Sequence record: MG655269.1
Strand: one strand, 5' to 3'
DNA length: 64,000 bases
In this document: piece by piece, positions 44,526 through 54,396 of the stretch
Position numbering within the stretch: position 1 is the first letter of the stretch
How the letters are laid out: every line of letters starts with the position of its first letter
Notes under the pieces: model-generated
Seen by the model: the letters and a program-made list of their open reading frames with translations, nothing else
The model's database searches: none
Told to the model about the DNA's origin: nothing
Program-made: the position numbers and the translations under genes

Positions 44526-44560
44526 CGGCATAAGGGGCAGGGTTTCCCCCGCCCACTTAT
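44526..44560. terminator. terminator at convergent junction, TTATGCCG on the minus strand
   Basis: CGGCATAA followed by an imperfect GC stem. Confidence 0.65.
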
Positions 44561-45198
44561 TAACTGGTTAACCGTGCTTCGTAATCCGCAATGATCGTGC
44601 GTAACTGGGCAATGGTGTTGTTGGCTTCCAGCAATTGTGCGTGTTCCGTTGTCCGGCGTTTAATGGCGTTCAAACGGTTCTGCTCGGCCAATCGATATTG
44701 CTCAGCCGTCACAGCATTAGTAGAAGGAGCCACCGCAATCGCAATGGTAGGTTCTATCCCAATCAAATCACTGATCGCTGCTTTAATCACATCTTGTGTT
44801 TGTTGCAATTGATCAATGATCGCCGACGGTACTGCACCCAGCGACATCGACATGACAATGTACTGATATTGAATTGCCGAGTCATCAGGGAACTGGGTGA
44901 TGTACGTACTGGGGATGTAGATCGGGGTACGGCCCACCGCGCTTAAGGTGATGATGTTTGCCGCCACCAATACATCCGCATCCATGTCCGCTTGCTTTAA
45001 CCCCACCGGGGTATAGACACGCGCCAGAATGTCCACGCCTAAAGCCTGGAGCTCCTGGAAGGTACGAATGGCTTGCACGGTATAGATCACACCTGGATCA
45101 ACCCGAGCAAAATCCGTGACGTTGGCCGCACCCATATATGGGGTGGCGACTTTGAACAACCCCTTCGTTAGAATGGGTGGGGTTAATGACGTTGCCAT
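44560..45198 (-). CDS. conserved jumbo-phage protein (likely virion structural)
   Basis: 212 aa, RBS AAGGAG, in the minus-strand late block. Confidence 0.7.
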   Translation of the reverse strand: MATSLTPPILTKGLFKVATPYMGAANVTDFARVDPGVIYTVQAIRTFQELQALGVDILARVYTPVGLKQADMDADVLVAANIITLSAVGRTPIYIPSTYITQFPDDSAIQYQYIVMSMSLGAVPSAIIDQLQQTQDVIKAAISDLIGIEPTIAIAVAPSTNAVTAEQYRLAEQNRLNAIKRRTTEHAQLLEANNTIAQLRTIIADYEARLTS

Positions 45199-45208
45199 GG
45201 ACTACTCC

Positions 45209-46522
45209 TTATGTGTACAGTGACTCAACATAAGGTTTCGCCACGACTAAAAACTTAATGCCATTAACAGACTTCGCTGCACAGATTACACCGTCACGCA
45301 CCACACGGGAGATCTCTGATGGCAACTCACTGAACTCCGACATGGTCTCAGCGGCAATCAGCATCTGTTGCATGGCAAAGATAAACGCCTGGGTCTCTGG
45401 TGAGATCCGGTCAAACTCCACATTGTCAGACGGCAGCAGGGCGTAATCCGGGTAGAGCTCTTTCAGCTTGATCTGGCCACCGCGGTTAGTCGGTTTCGCC
45501 ACACTGTAGAGTGCCAGGGATTTATGCAACGCCGGGAAGACCTGCAGTGACGCTTTGATGTGATCGGCCGGATACCACTTCATTACCTTGGTCGGCATCT
45601 CCAGCATTGTTTCATAATCCACAACTGGAGAGTTGGTGCCCGTTTCGGTGGTTTTGTTAGGAATGCTATAGGAGCGCCAGTCAGGTGCAATGACATACTC
45701 GATCGGGTTAAAAAGATCAGGGATGACCAACGCCCACTCATCTTCACCGAACTTTGAGTTCGCCAGGATATCGGCTTTCAGCAACTCATAGATCGCATCA
45801 TCGTTGTTACCGTTCTTACCGTAACCGACGATGGTGAAATATCCCGTCTGCCATTTACTGGTATTCTCTTTGTCGTAGATCTTGAATTCAATATCACGGA
45901 CAAAGGTCGGCGGATTAATGCCCATGATGGCATTAATGTTCTTGGCGATATCGCCTTTCGTTACCGAATCGATTGCAGTTTTTGCTGTTGCGTAATCTTC
46001 GTGCAACACATCAATTTGGCTCAATGGGACAGGATAGTCAGCAAAGAGTTCATAGCGCGGGTAGCTCAGTTCGAACGACTCATCAGATAACCAAATCTTG
46101 ATGGTGTTGTCATCGCTGCCACTCAGTTTACCTGAGACCCATTCAGGCGCCCAGTACTTACCGTCAGTGATCATGTCACCGATTGCTAAGTTTTCCCATG
46201 ACGTATCGAAGTCTGCTTTGATCTGCTGCAGCGCAATCGTCTTGTCATTGGTGAAACGACCATCAGCAATACGCACGAGCATCCACGCCTGCAAACTAAG
46301 GATTGCCAGACTGTAAGTATTCGCTAATTGGAACGCTACGTTATTCTCATCAACTGCTGTGAAAACAAGTAGAGCAGTACCTGGTTTATCCGTGTTAGTG
46401 TACGTCCCAATATCCCGTGAAAAAGACATTGAGAGTTGCGATATTTCGCCAATGGGGTTAGTAACACCTTTCTGGTTGTTATTCAGTGACGGATACACCG
46501 AAAACCCTAAGATCGTTTTCAT
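45209..46522 (-). CDS. conserved jumbo-phage virion structural protein
   Basis: Start re-chosen at MKTILGF; syntenic position next to RNase H in phiKZ-like phages (recalled). Confidence 0.7.
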   Translation of the reverse strand: MKTILGFSVYPSLNNNQKGVTNPIGEISQLSMSFSRDIGTYTNTDKPGTALLVFTAVDENNVAFQLANTYSLAILSLQAWMLVRIADGRFTNDKTIALQQIKADFDTSWENLAIGDMITDGKYWAPEWVSGKLSGSDDNTIKIWLSDESFELSYPRYELFADYPVPLSQIDVLHEDYATAKTAIDSVTKGDIAKNINAIMGINPPTFVRDIEFKIYDKENTSKWQTGYFTIVGYGKNGNNDDAIYELLKADILANSKFGEDEWALVIPDLFNPIEYVIAPDWRSYSIPNKTTETGTNSPVVDYETMLEMPTKVMKWYPADHIKASLQVFPALHKSLALYSVAKPTNRGGQIKLKELYPDYALLPSDNVEFDRISPETQAFIFAMQQMLIAAETMSEFSELPSEISRVVRDGVICAAKSVNGIKFLVVAKPYVESLYT

Positions 46523-46600
46523 AGCTCGCCCTTTACATGGGATGGGATTAAGATACATAACATTTAACACAGTGTACGAGGGCCTGTAGGGAGACGAGAC

Positions 46601-47008
46601 GTGTTGTGGTTAAAGCTATTCTTTTGGAGTCTTCCTTTCATAAAAAAGCGGTCAAAGACTTTCATGGCCGATGGAGCGACTCGTTATAATGCATCGAAAA
46701 AAGCACGGGGTTGGTTCTACGCTATTTCGATGTCATTCTTTCTATTCCTTGGCATCCTTACCTGGGGCTACCGCCAGTATGACTACCTGTCCAAACAGAA
46801 CCGTCATATGACTGAAGAGATCTCCCAGCTTAAAGGTCGCATCAACATCTACCCTACTCTTTCTGATACAATTGAACAGAACCGTTTGTTATTGACACAA
46901 AACCATGATCTTGCAGAGGAACTCATTAAAACTCGTCAAAACAATAACGAGTTATATAAAGAGAACCAAAAACTGCAAAGTCAGCTTGAAAAAGCATTAG
47001 GTAAATGA
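46601..47008 (+). CDS. TM + coiled-coil protein
   Basis: TM segment WFYAISMSFFLFLGILTWGY then a heptad-rich C-terminus. Confidence 0.7.
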   Translation: MLWLKLFFWSLPFIKKRSKTFMADGATRYNASKKARGWFYAISMSFFLFLGILTWGYRQYDYLSKQNRHMTEEISQLKGRINIYPTLSDTIEQNRLLLTQNHDLAEELIKTRQNNNELYKENQKLQSQLEKALGK

Positions 47009-47082
47009 TGAACACCCGTTTTGGTAATTTATTACGTAGTTGATCAATTATAAGAGAGATATTGTTTATTCGAGGGTGTTTC

Positions 47083-48603
47083 ATGGACAAGTTACCAAGT
47101 ACCGCACTGCCAAAGGTGTCAATGGTTTTATACACCGATGGCGGTTGTCGTCAAAACATCGGAGGCTGGGGAATACATGGTTATTCCTGGCTGGTTGAAG
47201 ACGATGACAAAAAGAAAAAGAAAAAGCCGGCGCGTGACGTCCCGTCAACGACTGGCTACATTGTAAAAGACGATCCGAAACTCGACAGTCGTGAAGTGGT
47301 CAGGCCCCACGAAGTGATTGAAGGGTTTGGTGGGATTTTACCTAACACCACAAATAACGTTGCGGAACTCACAGCAACTATTAATGGTATTGACTTAGCA
47401 CTGCAGCAGAACACAGAAAAGCTCCTCGTCATCTCCGATTCCAAATATGTCGGCGACAATGCAAAGAACCAATTGCATCGTTGGATGAAAGCCGGCTGGA
47501 AGAAAGCGGATGGCGGGGATGTTGCCAACAAAGAGCTGTGGGAAACCCTCAGCAGCAAACTTGATGAGCTAAAATACCGCGGTATCTCGTTTGACATCGA
47601 ATGGCTGAAAGGGCATGCGGGTCACCGTGGAAATCAGTTCGCTGACTACATGGCAACCCGTGGTGTCTTTAAAGGCCGTGTTGGTGACGCTACCCCGTAT
47701 TATCAGATCCAGGATGCCGGTGAGTACGATAAGTACAAAACTGAACGTCCGCGCTTTGTCACGCACTCGCGCTGGTACTTCACGTTACAGACTGAAAAGT
47801 TGATGAACAAGAATGAACAGGGCTTGTACGAGTATTGCTTTGGCCACCCAAGCAAAGGGGACGCTGATCAGCAGTACTTAGGCAAAGCGTTAGCCGACAC
47901 CGCCTTTAGCGTGGTGTGGTTGAAAGCACCTGAAGAGTGTTTGGATCTGGTTTATTCACGCACCAAAGAGATCGCTACCGACGTTTACGGTAACGCCTTC
48001 ATTGGCCGCTTGGATAACATTTACAACTCATTCATTCACAAAGAGATCATGGACTACGGCGGGTCGTTATTGCAACGTGCGAATAAGTACAACAATGACA
48101 TCACCAACTGTACCGATGCTCAAGTGGTGCGTGAGTGTAACCCGCCAGGTATCTCTTACCGGGCACTGTCGAATTTAGGACAGCTTAGTAAGATCCTGAA
48201 TGAATTTGTCAGCGACAGTTTACCTGCAACAACCAGGGTGGTAGAGATTACTGACAAAATCTACCAGACCGTGAAAGGTAAGAAAGAAGATAAGCTGGCC
48301 TTGCTCGGTTCGATTCGTCAAACCGACAAAGCGCTCAAGTTCGATGTACCGTGTGACGTACTCGACAAAGCGATCTCCGTCGAAGTTACAGCCACGCTTG
48401 GATTGACCTTACCTAACCGTAATACGTTAAACGGTCTTACGGAACTCAATCCAAAGGTATACCTGTTCTTGACAAAAGAGTCCGACATTGCATTTCGCTA
48501 CGGATCGATTGTGGTATGCGATGAAGGGTATTGCATCATGGCCAACGTATACGCTGACCTGCGTACGCTGTCAAAAAAGGATCTGGAGCGTTGCGGGCAG
48601 TAA
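47083..48603 (+). CDS. rnhA: ribonuclease HI with C-terminal extension (phiKZ gp155-like)
   Basis: YTDGGC, TNNVAEL, ISDSKYV, GWKK..VANKELW, KGHAGHRGNQFAD. Confidence 0.92.
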   Translation: MDKLPSTALPKVSMVLYTDGGCRQNIGGWGIHGYSWLVEDDDKKKKKKPARDVPSTTGYIVKDDPKLDSREVVRPHEVIEGFGGILPNTTNNVAELTATINGIDLALQQNTEKLLVISDSKYVGDNAKNQLHRWMKAGWKKADGGDVANKELWETLSSKLDELKYRGISFDIEWLKGHAGHRGNQFADYMATRGVFKGRVGDATPYYQIQDAGEYDKYKTERPRFVTHSRWYFTLQTEKLMNKNEQGLYEYCFGHPSKGDADQQYLGKALADTAFSVVWLKAPEECLDLVYSRTKEIATDVYGNAFIGRLDNIYNSFIHKEIMDYGGSLLQRANKYNNDITNCTDAQVVRECNPPGISYRALSNLGQLSKILNEFVSDSLPATTRVVEITDKIYQTVKGKKEDKLALLGSIRQTDKALKFDVPCDVLDKAISVEVTATLGLTLPNRNTLNGLTELNPKVYLFLTKESDIAFRYGSIVVCDEGYCIMANVYADLRTLSKKDLERCGQ

Positions 48604-48613
48604 AGGGTGACTT

Positions 48614-48970
48614 GTGACCACGTTATTCGCCGGTGCACCAACCAAGCTTCCGATGATGGACCTGTCTGCGATCATTGATCCAGATAAGGATATCGAGTCT
48701 CGGCTTAAACGGAAACTGTTATTAACTTTCGTTTGTCATTGTCGACGTCCTCGTGCGAGTGCAGATGAGCTTAACCGCACACATGCACTATGCGAGGATT
48801 CGGCAGACGTTGAGCAGTGTCTTGATTACATCTCGCGCATGGGTCCTGAGTTCAGTGAAGCTTACGATGGTGTTGATCTTGAATGTGTGATGGATATCAT
48901 CGGGCGTACGCCTGAATGGCTCCGTTACGGATCTGCTATTGAAATGTGGACAGACCTCAAGCAGTTGTAG
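48614..48970 (+). CDS. hypothetical protein
   Basis: GTG start, RBS AGGG. Confidence 0.65.
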   Translation: MTTLFAGAPTKLPMMDLSAIIDPDKDIESRLKRKLLLTFVCHCRRPRASADELNRTHALCEDSADVEQCLDYISRMGPEFSEAYDGVDLECVMDIIGRTPEWLRYGSAIEMWTDLKQL

Positions 48971-49011
48971 GGCATAAGAGGAGGGCGTGAGCCCTCCTCT
49001 ACTTTATGCTG
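48971..49011. terminator. bidirectional terminator with TTATGC motif on both strands
   Basis: GGCATA-[AGAGGAGGGC-GTGA-GCCCTCCTCT]-ACTTTATGCTG. Confidence 0.85.
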
Positions 49012-49019
49012 CTTTTTTT

Positions 49020-49817
49020 TTATTTGACTTCTTTTGCCAACTTCACTGCAGTGTTGTTCAGTGCCGTGCCTGTTGAAATGAACAGGGTATGACAAACACT
49101 ATAGAGATCAGCCGCACGGGCCGTAGACAGCAGCGTCTTCGCCAGGTTGTCGATATCAGCCTTACTGAGTACCAGTTCACCAGACTCAATCTGACTGAAG
49201 ACCAGATCAGACAGTTCCGCCACGCGTTTGACCGCCAGGTTGAAATTGTAGATCTGCCCACGCTTTAACATCGCCACGAGCTTATTAAAGTCAGTGTAGA
49301 CGTTGGTGAATTCCGTCAGGTTCGGGAAGCGGGCGGCGAAGCTGATATCAGTGACATCTTTTCCACCCAGCGACTTACCCAACATCGCTTCCACTTTACC
49401 CAGGATAGCCTTGTCCACGTTCGGGGCGTACGCCACACTGGCATTACCCGCAGAGACGCCCGCGAGCCAAGAGTGCAGCTTACTGATGTGGGTCGACTCC
49501 AGCATGGTGCAGAAAGCCCGGGCGGTTGCCAGGTTCTCAACCCATTCCTGATAGCTGACATTCAGACGCGCCGGTTGATAGATCATGCGATCCATGAAGT
49601 CGGTGTAGTTGTGAGATGCCAGCGCTTTGGATAACGGGCTGAGGTCAGCGGTGATCAGATCCTGTGCAGTACCATACGCACGATCGCTGAAGAACTTCTT
49701 AATGCCATCAAAGAAGTTGCGGATGGGGGTAATAATGTTTAATGCTTCGAGGCCGGCACCGGTTGACTCACGCAGTTCCTGGTAGTCGGCTTCGAGGTTT
49801 TCAATGTTGTACGACAT
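49020..49817 (-). CDS. putative internal head/virion protein
   Basis: Short acidic propeptide ending AGLEA (prohead-protease site type). Confidence 0.65.
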   Translation of the reverse strand: MSYNIENLEADYQELRESTGAGLEALNIITPIRNFFDGIKKFFSDRAYGTAQDLITADLSPLSKALASHNYTDFMDRMIYQPARLNVSYQEWVENLATARAFCTMLESTHISKLHSWLAGVSAGNASVAYAPNVDKAILGKVEAMLGKSLGGKDVTDISFAARFPNLTEFTNVYTDFNKLVAMLKRGQIYNFNLAVKRVAELSDLVFSQIESGELVLSKADIDNLAKTLLSTARAADLYSVCHTLFISTGTALNNTAVKLAKEVK

Positions 49818-49898
49818 ATGTACTCCGTGAGATAAAAGTAATCTGTTACATAAGATGACTTATTATGAAGGTATTATTAATTAAAAGGACCGCACACA

Positions 49899-51284
49899 AT
49901 GTTGTCATTCGGTGAATTTGTTGAGAAGTCACGCCCTATTCGACCTTTCTTGAATATCGGCGCGGGCTTTGATATCCCAACCGGTAGCTATCGTTTCGGT
50001 AAGCACGGTGAATCTATTCTTAATGGTGGTCTGGCGCCATTCATTGCGATCGTTGGTAAAGGCAACACCTTTAAAACAGCGATCGGTTGTTTCATGATGA
50101 CCCGCGTGCTGGAGCGCTACAATAACTCTAACGGTCTCCACTACGATACCGAGTGTACGTTCAGTGCCGATCGTCTTACCAGTCTTACCAGTCGTCTGGG
50201 TCCGAATGCTGCTGCAGAGTGGCTGGCCAACGAACGTATCTACCTGACTGATGACTCCATCATTAAAGGTAACCAGTGGTTTAAGAAATCGGTGCAGGAA
50301 TACTCCGAAGCGAAGAAGAAAGCCAAAATGGGCACGCTGCCGTTTGTGGATAAAGATGGGAACTTAATCCCGTATCCATACCCGACAGTCAACTTTGGCG
50401 ATTCCATGTCTGAGATGAAATTCGACGATCTGGAAAAGAACTACGCCAAGATGGAAATCGGCCAGGGTGAAATGCAAACGGAAGCCATGCGTGTGTCGAA
50501 TGCCAAACGCATGTTAATCGAAAAGACCCAGGGTTACGCCAACGCCGGCGGCATGTATGTCATCATGACAGCGCACTTAGGTAAAGAGCTGAACATGGAT
50601 GGTAAACCACAAGAGAAGAAAACCACCTTTATGAAACAAGGTGACAAAATCTCTAAGGTGCCTTCACAGATCCTCTCTCTGCCAAACAACGCCTGGGAGA
50701 TCTCTACCGGTACGGTGTTGATTGATAAGAACACCAAAGAGTGGATGTACCCGAAACAGGGTCGCAATGACGTGGATACCAACGGTAACCCGGACATGAT
50801 CACTCTGGTGGCGAAGAACCTGCGCGGGAAGAATGGTCCGTCTGGTGTGCCGTGGGAATTCGTGATGTCACAGTCTGAAGGCCTGCTGCCGTCCCTGACT
50901 GAGTTCCATTACATTAAGAACAACGGTCGTTATGGCCTGGGTGGCAATGACCGTAATTATTATGTTGAATTGTGCCCAGATATCAAGCTGCAGCGCACCA
51001 CCGTGCGTGATCGCATCGACGACAACCCTGAGTTACGTCGGGCATTAGAGATCACCATGGAGATGTGTCAGATGCGTTTCCTGTGGCACACCCGCGATCC
51101 AAAGTACAACATGACTCCTCAGGAACTGCGTGAAGGCCTGGAGAAGAAAGGGTACAAATGGGATCAGCTGCTCAACACCCGTGGGTTCTGGACGTTTGAA
51201 GAAGACAACCATCCATTACCATTCTTAAGCACAATGGATCTACTCCGCATGTATCATGATGAGTATCGCCCATACTGGCTGTAA
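49899..51284 (+). CDS. uvsX: UvsX/RecA-like recombinase (phiKZ gp152-like)
   Basis: IVGKGNTFKT P-loop, YDTE, FGDSMS, IMTAH, KNLRGKNG. Confidence 0.8.
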   Translation: MLSFGEFVEKSRPIRPFLNIGAGFDIPTGSYRFGKHGESILNGGLAPFIAIVGKGNTFKTAIGCFMMTRVLERYNNSNGLHYDTECTFSADRLTSLTSRLGPNAAAEWLANERIYLTDDSIIKGNQWFKKSVQEYSEAKKKAKMGTLPFVDKDGNLIPYPYPTVNFGDSMSEMKFDDLEKNYAKMEIGQGEMQTEAMRVSNAKRMLIEKTQGYANAGGMYVIMTAHLGKELNMDGKPQEKKTTFMKQGDKISKVPSQILSLPNNAWEISTGTVLIDKNTKEWMYPKQGRNDVDTNGNPDMITLVAKNLRGKNGPSGVPWEFVMSQSEGLLPSLTEFHYIKNNGRYGLGGNDRNYYVELCPDIKLQRTTVRDRIDDNPELRRALEITMEMCQMRFLWHTRDPKYNMTPQELREGLEKKGYKWDQLLNTRGFWTFEEDNHPLPFLSTMDLLRMYHDEYRPYWL

Positions 51285-51364
51285 GTGTACCCACTGTGGG
51301 AGAGGGTTATCCCTCTCCTTCTTATACCGTCAGTAGAGGGAAATAAGCTAATAGGAAGCAGTAT

Positions 51365-51784
51365 ATGCTTAACAAAGAAATACGCATTGTCGTTGCGTCG
51401 ACTAAAGGTTTCAACGACGCAGAGCGTTTAAAACTGACTATTGACGGCCTCCTGGAAGATATCTACTACCTCAACGAAGGGGTAGGTGATGAGGACGAGG
51501 AGTTGATCACTGATGCCAAGATCGTTTTCATCACCAATGGCGAACACAAAACAGCGGCTGAGTTACTGCCTGGTGTGTTGGGTGATCGGAACATCGACAT
51601 CGAAGTGATCAAGGTTGATTGGTCAAAAGGTAAGAAAGCGTTTTTTGATAACTGCGCTGTATTGGGTGCGAAGTCGACCCACGGCGTCATTTTTACGGAC
51701 AGCAAAGATGACGGGATGCAGACACTGCTGAAAGCATGTCTCGATGCCGGCTCACGCGTTCGTACTTATAGCTCTGCTATTTGA
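51365..51784 (+). CDS. SLOG-fold (YspA/DUF2493-like) protein, divergent
   Basis: IVVAST.GFND.ERL...D.L, KIVFITNG, V.W..G..AF, VIF.D..D.G...L pattern. Confidence 0.6.
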   Translation: MLNKEIRIVVASTKGFNDAERLKLTIDGLLEDIYYLNEGVGDEDEELITDAKIVFITNGEHKTAAELLPGVLGDRNIDIEVIKVDWSKGKKAFFDNCAVLGAKSTHGVIFTDSKDDGMQTLLKACLDAGSRVRTYSSAI

Positions 51785-51797
51785 GAAAGGTAACCCC

Positions 51798-52244
51798 ATG
51801 ATAGCCTCAGAAGCTCACGTTAGTATACTTGACGTTAATGTCACCCACGTTATATGCACAGTTAATTGCGAAGGGCATATGGGTCGTGGCATAGCCTTGT
51901 ATCTGCGTAAGTGTATTCCGGGGCTATATGAGCGGTATAAACACCTGTGCAGTTTAGGGATCATCACGGTAGACAAACTCTGGATCTACCCATCACACCC
52001 CCGTCAGATTCTCTGCTTTCCAACCAAAGATAAAACCTGGGAAGACAGCAAGCTTGAATGGATCGAAGCCAATCTCATAAAGCTTCGTGACAACTACAAA
52101 ACAAAAGGCATTGTCTCTGTGGCGATGCCTCCTCTTGGATGTGGAAACGGTAACCTAAAGTGGGATGAGGTGCGGAGCCTCATTTATGCCATCTTGGGCG
52201 ATTGTGACCTTGAAGTCCACATCTGTTTAGGTAAACCGAAGTGA
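51798..52244 (+). CDS. DarG-type macrodomain ADP-ribosylhydrolase
   Basis: TVNCEGHMGRGIAL, Y...C..G, CFPTK, SKLEWI...L, SVAMPPLGCGNG.L.W..V. Confidence 0.88.
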   Translation: MIASEAHVSILDVNVTHVICTVNCEGHMGRGIALYLRKCIPGLYERYKHLCSLGIITVDKLWIYPSHPRQILCFPTKDKTWEDSKLEWIEANLIKLRDNYKTKGIVSVAMPPLGCGNGNLKWDEVRSLIYAILGDCDLEVHICLGKPK

Positions 52245-52273
52245 GGGAATCACCCTGAATAGGAGCCAGTATT

Positions 52274-53155
52274 ATGTCTGATAACACACGCGTTTTACCC
52301 GATCCACGCGAAGATGGCAAGACGCACATCAACGTCTATAGCCGTGGCGCTACGTGGTTAGGACAGCAGCTTTCTAATATGTCCTACTACGACTTCGCAC
52401 ATCCACGCTACGGCGTGTTCGCCTCGTTGGAGGGCTTCTGGTATTGGTTGTCTACGGGCAAGCAACACGAGGAGTTACGGAAGCTTGCCGGGGTCAAAGC
52501 GAAAATGACCGGCCGGGAGTTCGAGACGATCCCAAATGAAAACTTTGAAGAAGAGTTCAAAGAAGCCATGCGTCTGCGTCTGGAGCAACACCCGATCATT
52601 GCTAACGCCCTGGCTGAATCGTTACTGCCGTTAAAGCACTACTATTGTTACGGTGGGAAAGTGATCGACTTGTATGACCGCCACAAATGGCAAATGGACT
52701 TCTACGAGGAGTGGCGTAAAGCCAATGCCCCCGAAGACACCACCTTGGTATTGTTGATCTCTGGCTCACGTAAAGAGAAAGACTACGACGCCTTTAAGCA
52801 CATCGTGATGACCTACCTGCAACCGTATATCGACAAGATAAAGGACACGTACAAAATCACCCTGCTTTCGGGGCTCGCCTGGGAAGGTCCCGATGACATG
52901 GCAATTCGTCTGTGTCGGGAAGAAGGCTTCATGTTGATTGGTCTGCCGGCGAAGTGGAAAGAGCAAGGCAAGGCCGCGGGCATGATCCGCAATGGTGCCA
53001 TGGGGCGGTTGTGTAACAAGGCTTTGGTGTTCTGGGATGGCGAGTCACCGGGGACAAAAGGGATGATTGATTACCTGAAGAAAAATACTATAGACCATCT
53101 TGTGTATTTACACGGTAAACATGAACCTGACTGGAAAGCCCCGGAGACATCATGA
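52274..53155 (+). CDS. NADAR (T4 gp30.3-like) domain fused to a SLOG (YspA-like) domain
   Basis: N-terminal LSNM, FASLEGF, L.G.KAK..G, ALAES..LKH; C-terminal ISGSR...DY, SGLA.GPD.MA, W...GKAAGMIRN..M, FWDG.S.GTKGMI. Confidence 0.75.
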   Translation: MSDNTRVLPDPREDGKTHINVYSRGATWLGQQLSNMSYYDFAHPRYGVFASLEGFWYWLSTGKQHEELRKLAGVKAKMTGREFETIPNENFEEEFKEAMRLRLEQHPIIANALAESLLPLKHYYCYGGKVIDLYDRHKWQMDFYEEWRKANAPEDTTLVLLISGSRKEKDYDAFKHIVMTYLQPYIDKIKDTYKITLLSGLAWEGPDDMAIRLCREEGFMLIGLPAKWKEQGKAAGMIRNGAMGRLCNKALVFWDGESPGTKGMIDYLKKNTIDHLVYLHGKHEPDWKAPETS

Positions 53156-53826
53156 CCCCAGCACGCGAACAGACCCAGCAATTTGTGATCGAGGCTATTG
53201 CTGAGATTCTACCCGGTTCTAAGAACCGGGATATCTATATCGACTTCTTCTCGCGGTTGAGCGATGAGGCGTTTGATGCCCTGATGCAGCGGATGGATGA
53301 AGACCAGGAGATCTTCCCCTTCTACCATCCGAACTTTACCGGTACGGTAATTGATGTTGAACGTGTGATCAAGTTAATTGAAAAGCACGGCGACACCATC
53401 ATGGAGCAGCTCTGGGATATCGACCCGGAAACCGGACTGCAGTACCTGACCCCGTTGAAGTATCCGGTGCTGTTACTTCCGCTGCGTATTCAGCAGCAGA
53501 AGCTGCAGAAGAAGATGTCGATTCCAAAAGACAACAACCACATCGACGATTTGACTAACCAGCCCACCACCGAATCCAAAGGGGCTTCTTTGTCTTACCC
53601 GGAAGTGCAGATCATCTATGCCATGGGTGGTGACAAGATTCTGGAAGAGACCATGAAGGTCCGTGGTGGTGATGAGAAGGCGTTTCGTGATTACAATAAC
53701 GAAATCATTGCAAGCGGCGGTGTCACCATTGGTGCAATCAGCAGCAGCAAGACCAAGGTGAAGTCCACCAAAACCGTGCAAGTGATTCTTGAGGCCATGC
53801 ACCTGAGCAACAACCTGGCCAGTTAA
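53152..53826 (+). CDS. virion RNA polymerase beta subunit, C-terminal part (phiKZ gp149/SPN3US gp218-like)
   Basis: QQQKLQKK, DDLTNQP, SKG..LSYPE...YAMG....EE..KVRGGD align with the RpoB C-terminal region. Confidence 0.8.
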   Translation: MTPAREQTQQFVIEAIAEILPGSKNRDIYIDFFSRLSDEAFDALMQRMDEDQEIFPFYHPNFTGTVIDVERVIKLIEKHGDTIMEQLWDIDPETGLQYLTPLKYPVLLLPLRIQQQKLQKKMSIPKDNNHIDDLTNQPTTESKGASLSYPEVQIIYAMGGDKILEETMKVRGGDEKAFRDYNNEIIASGGVTIGAISSSKTKVKSTKTVQVILEAMHLSNNLAS

Positions 53827-53835
53827 GGATGCAAC

Positions 53836-54396
53836 ATGAGTAGCTTGATAAACAACCTGACCGGTAAAAACAAAGTTGAGTTCAGCCCGATTGATCTTGA
53901 CAGTGAAGTCGAGCGGGTTGTCTCTGAGTATGTCGGTACATACTTACGCAACCGTATCTTTCTGGCGGCGCAATCGAAGATACCGGTGAATGAAGACCCG
54001 GGGTATCTGCAGATTGTAAACTTCTTGGCGTTGGTCAACATGGAGTTCAACCATATGCGCATGTGGTCTACGTCTGACATGACCAATACCGTCTGGCCGC
54101 AGATCGTTGAAGATGAGTATGTGTTGCGCTTTGTGTTTAAAGGCACTACCCATGTCAGTGTGCGGTGCTTTGATGGCGACGTACCCTTTCAGAAACTGGT
54201 CGACCACGTGGCCGGTTCTCTAAGCTGCATGTCGCACGGCGGAAATGAAATCATCGCAGCAGCGTTAACCCAGGTCCTGCCACGCAATGACGAACTGGTT
54301 GAGCTCTTTACCGGTAACCAATGGTCGTTGTTCATTTATTACCTGACGCGCATTAACATCATTGAGATTGTGACCAATTCGGGAGGTAGTGTATAA
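53836..54396 (+). CDS. conserved jumbo-phage hypothetical protein
   Basis: 186 aa, RBS AAGGA, in the core block. Confidence 0.75.
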   Translation: MSSLINNLTGKNKVEFSPIDLDSEVERVVSEYVGTYLRNRIFLAAQSKIPVNEDPGYLQIVNFLALVNMEFNHMRMWSTSDMTNTVWPQIVEDEYVLRFVFKGTTHVSVRCFDGDVPFQKLVDHVAGSLSCMSHGGNEIIAAALTQVLPRNDELVELFTGNQWSLFIYYLTRINIIEIVTNSGGSV

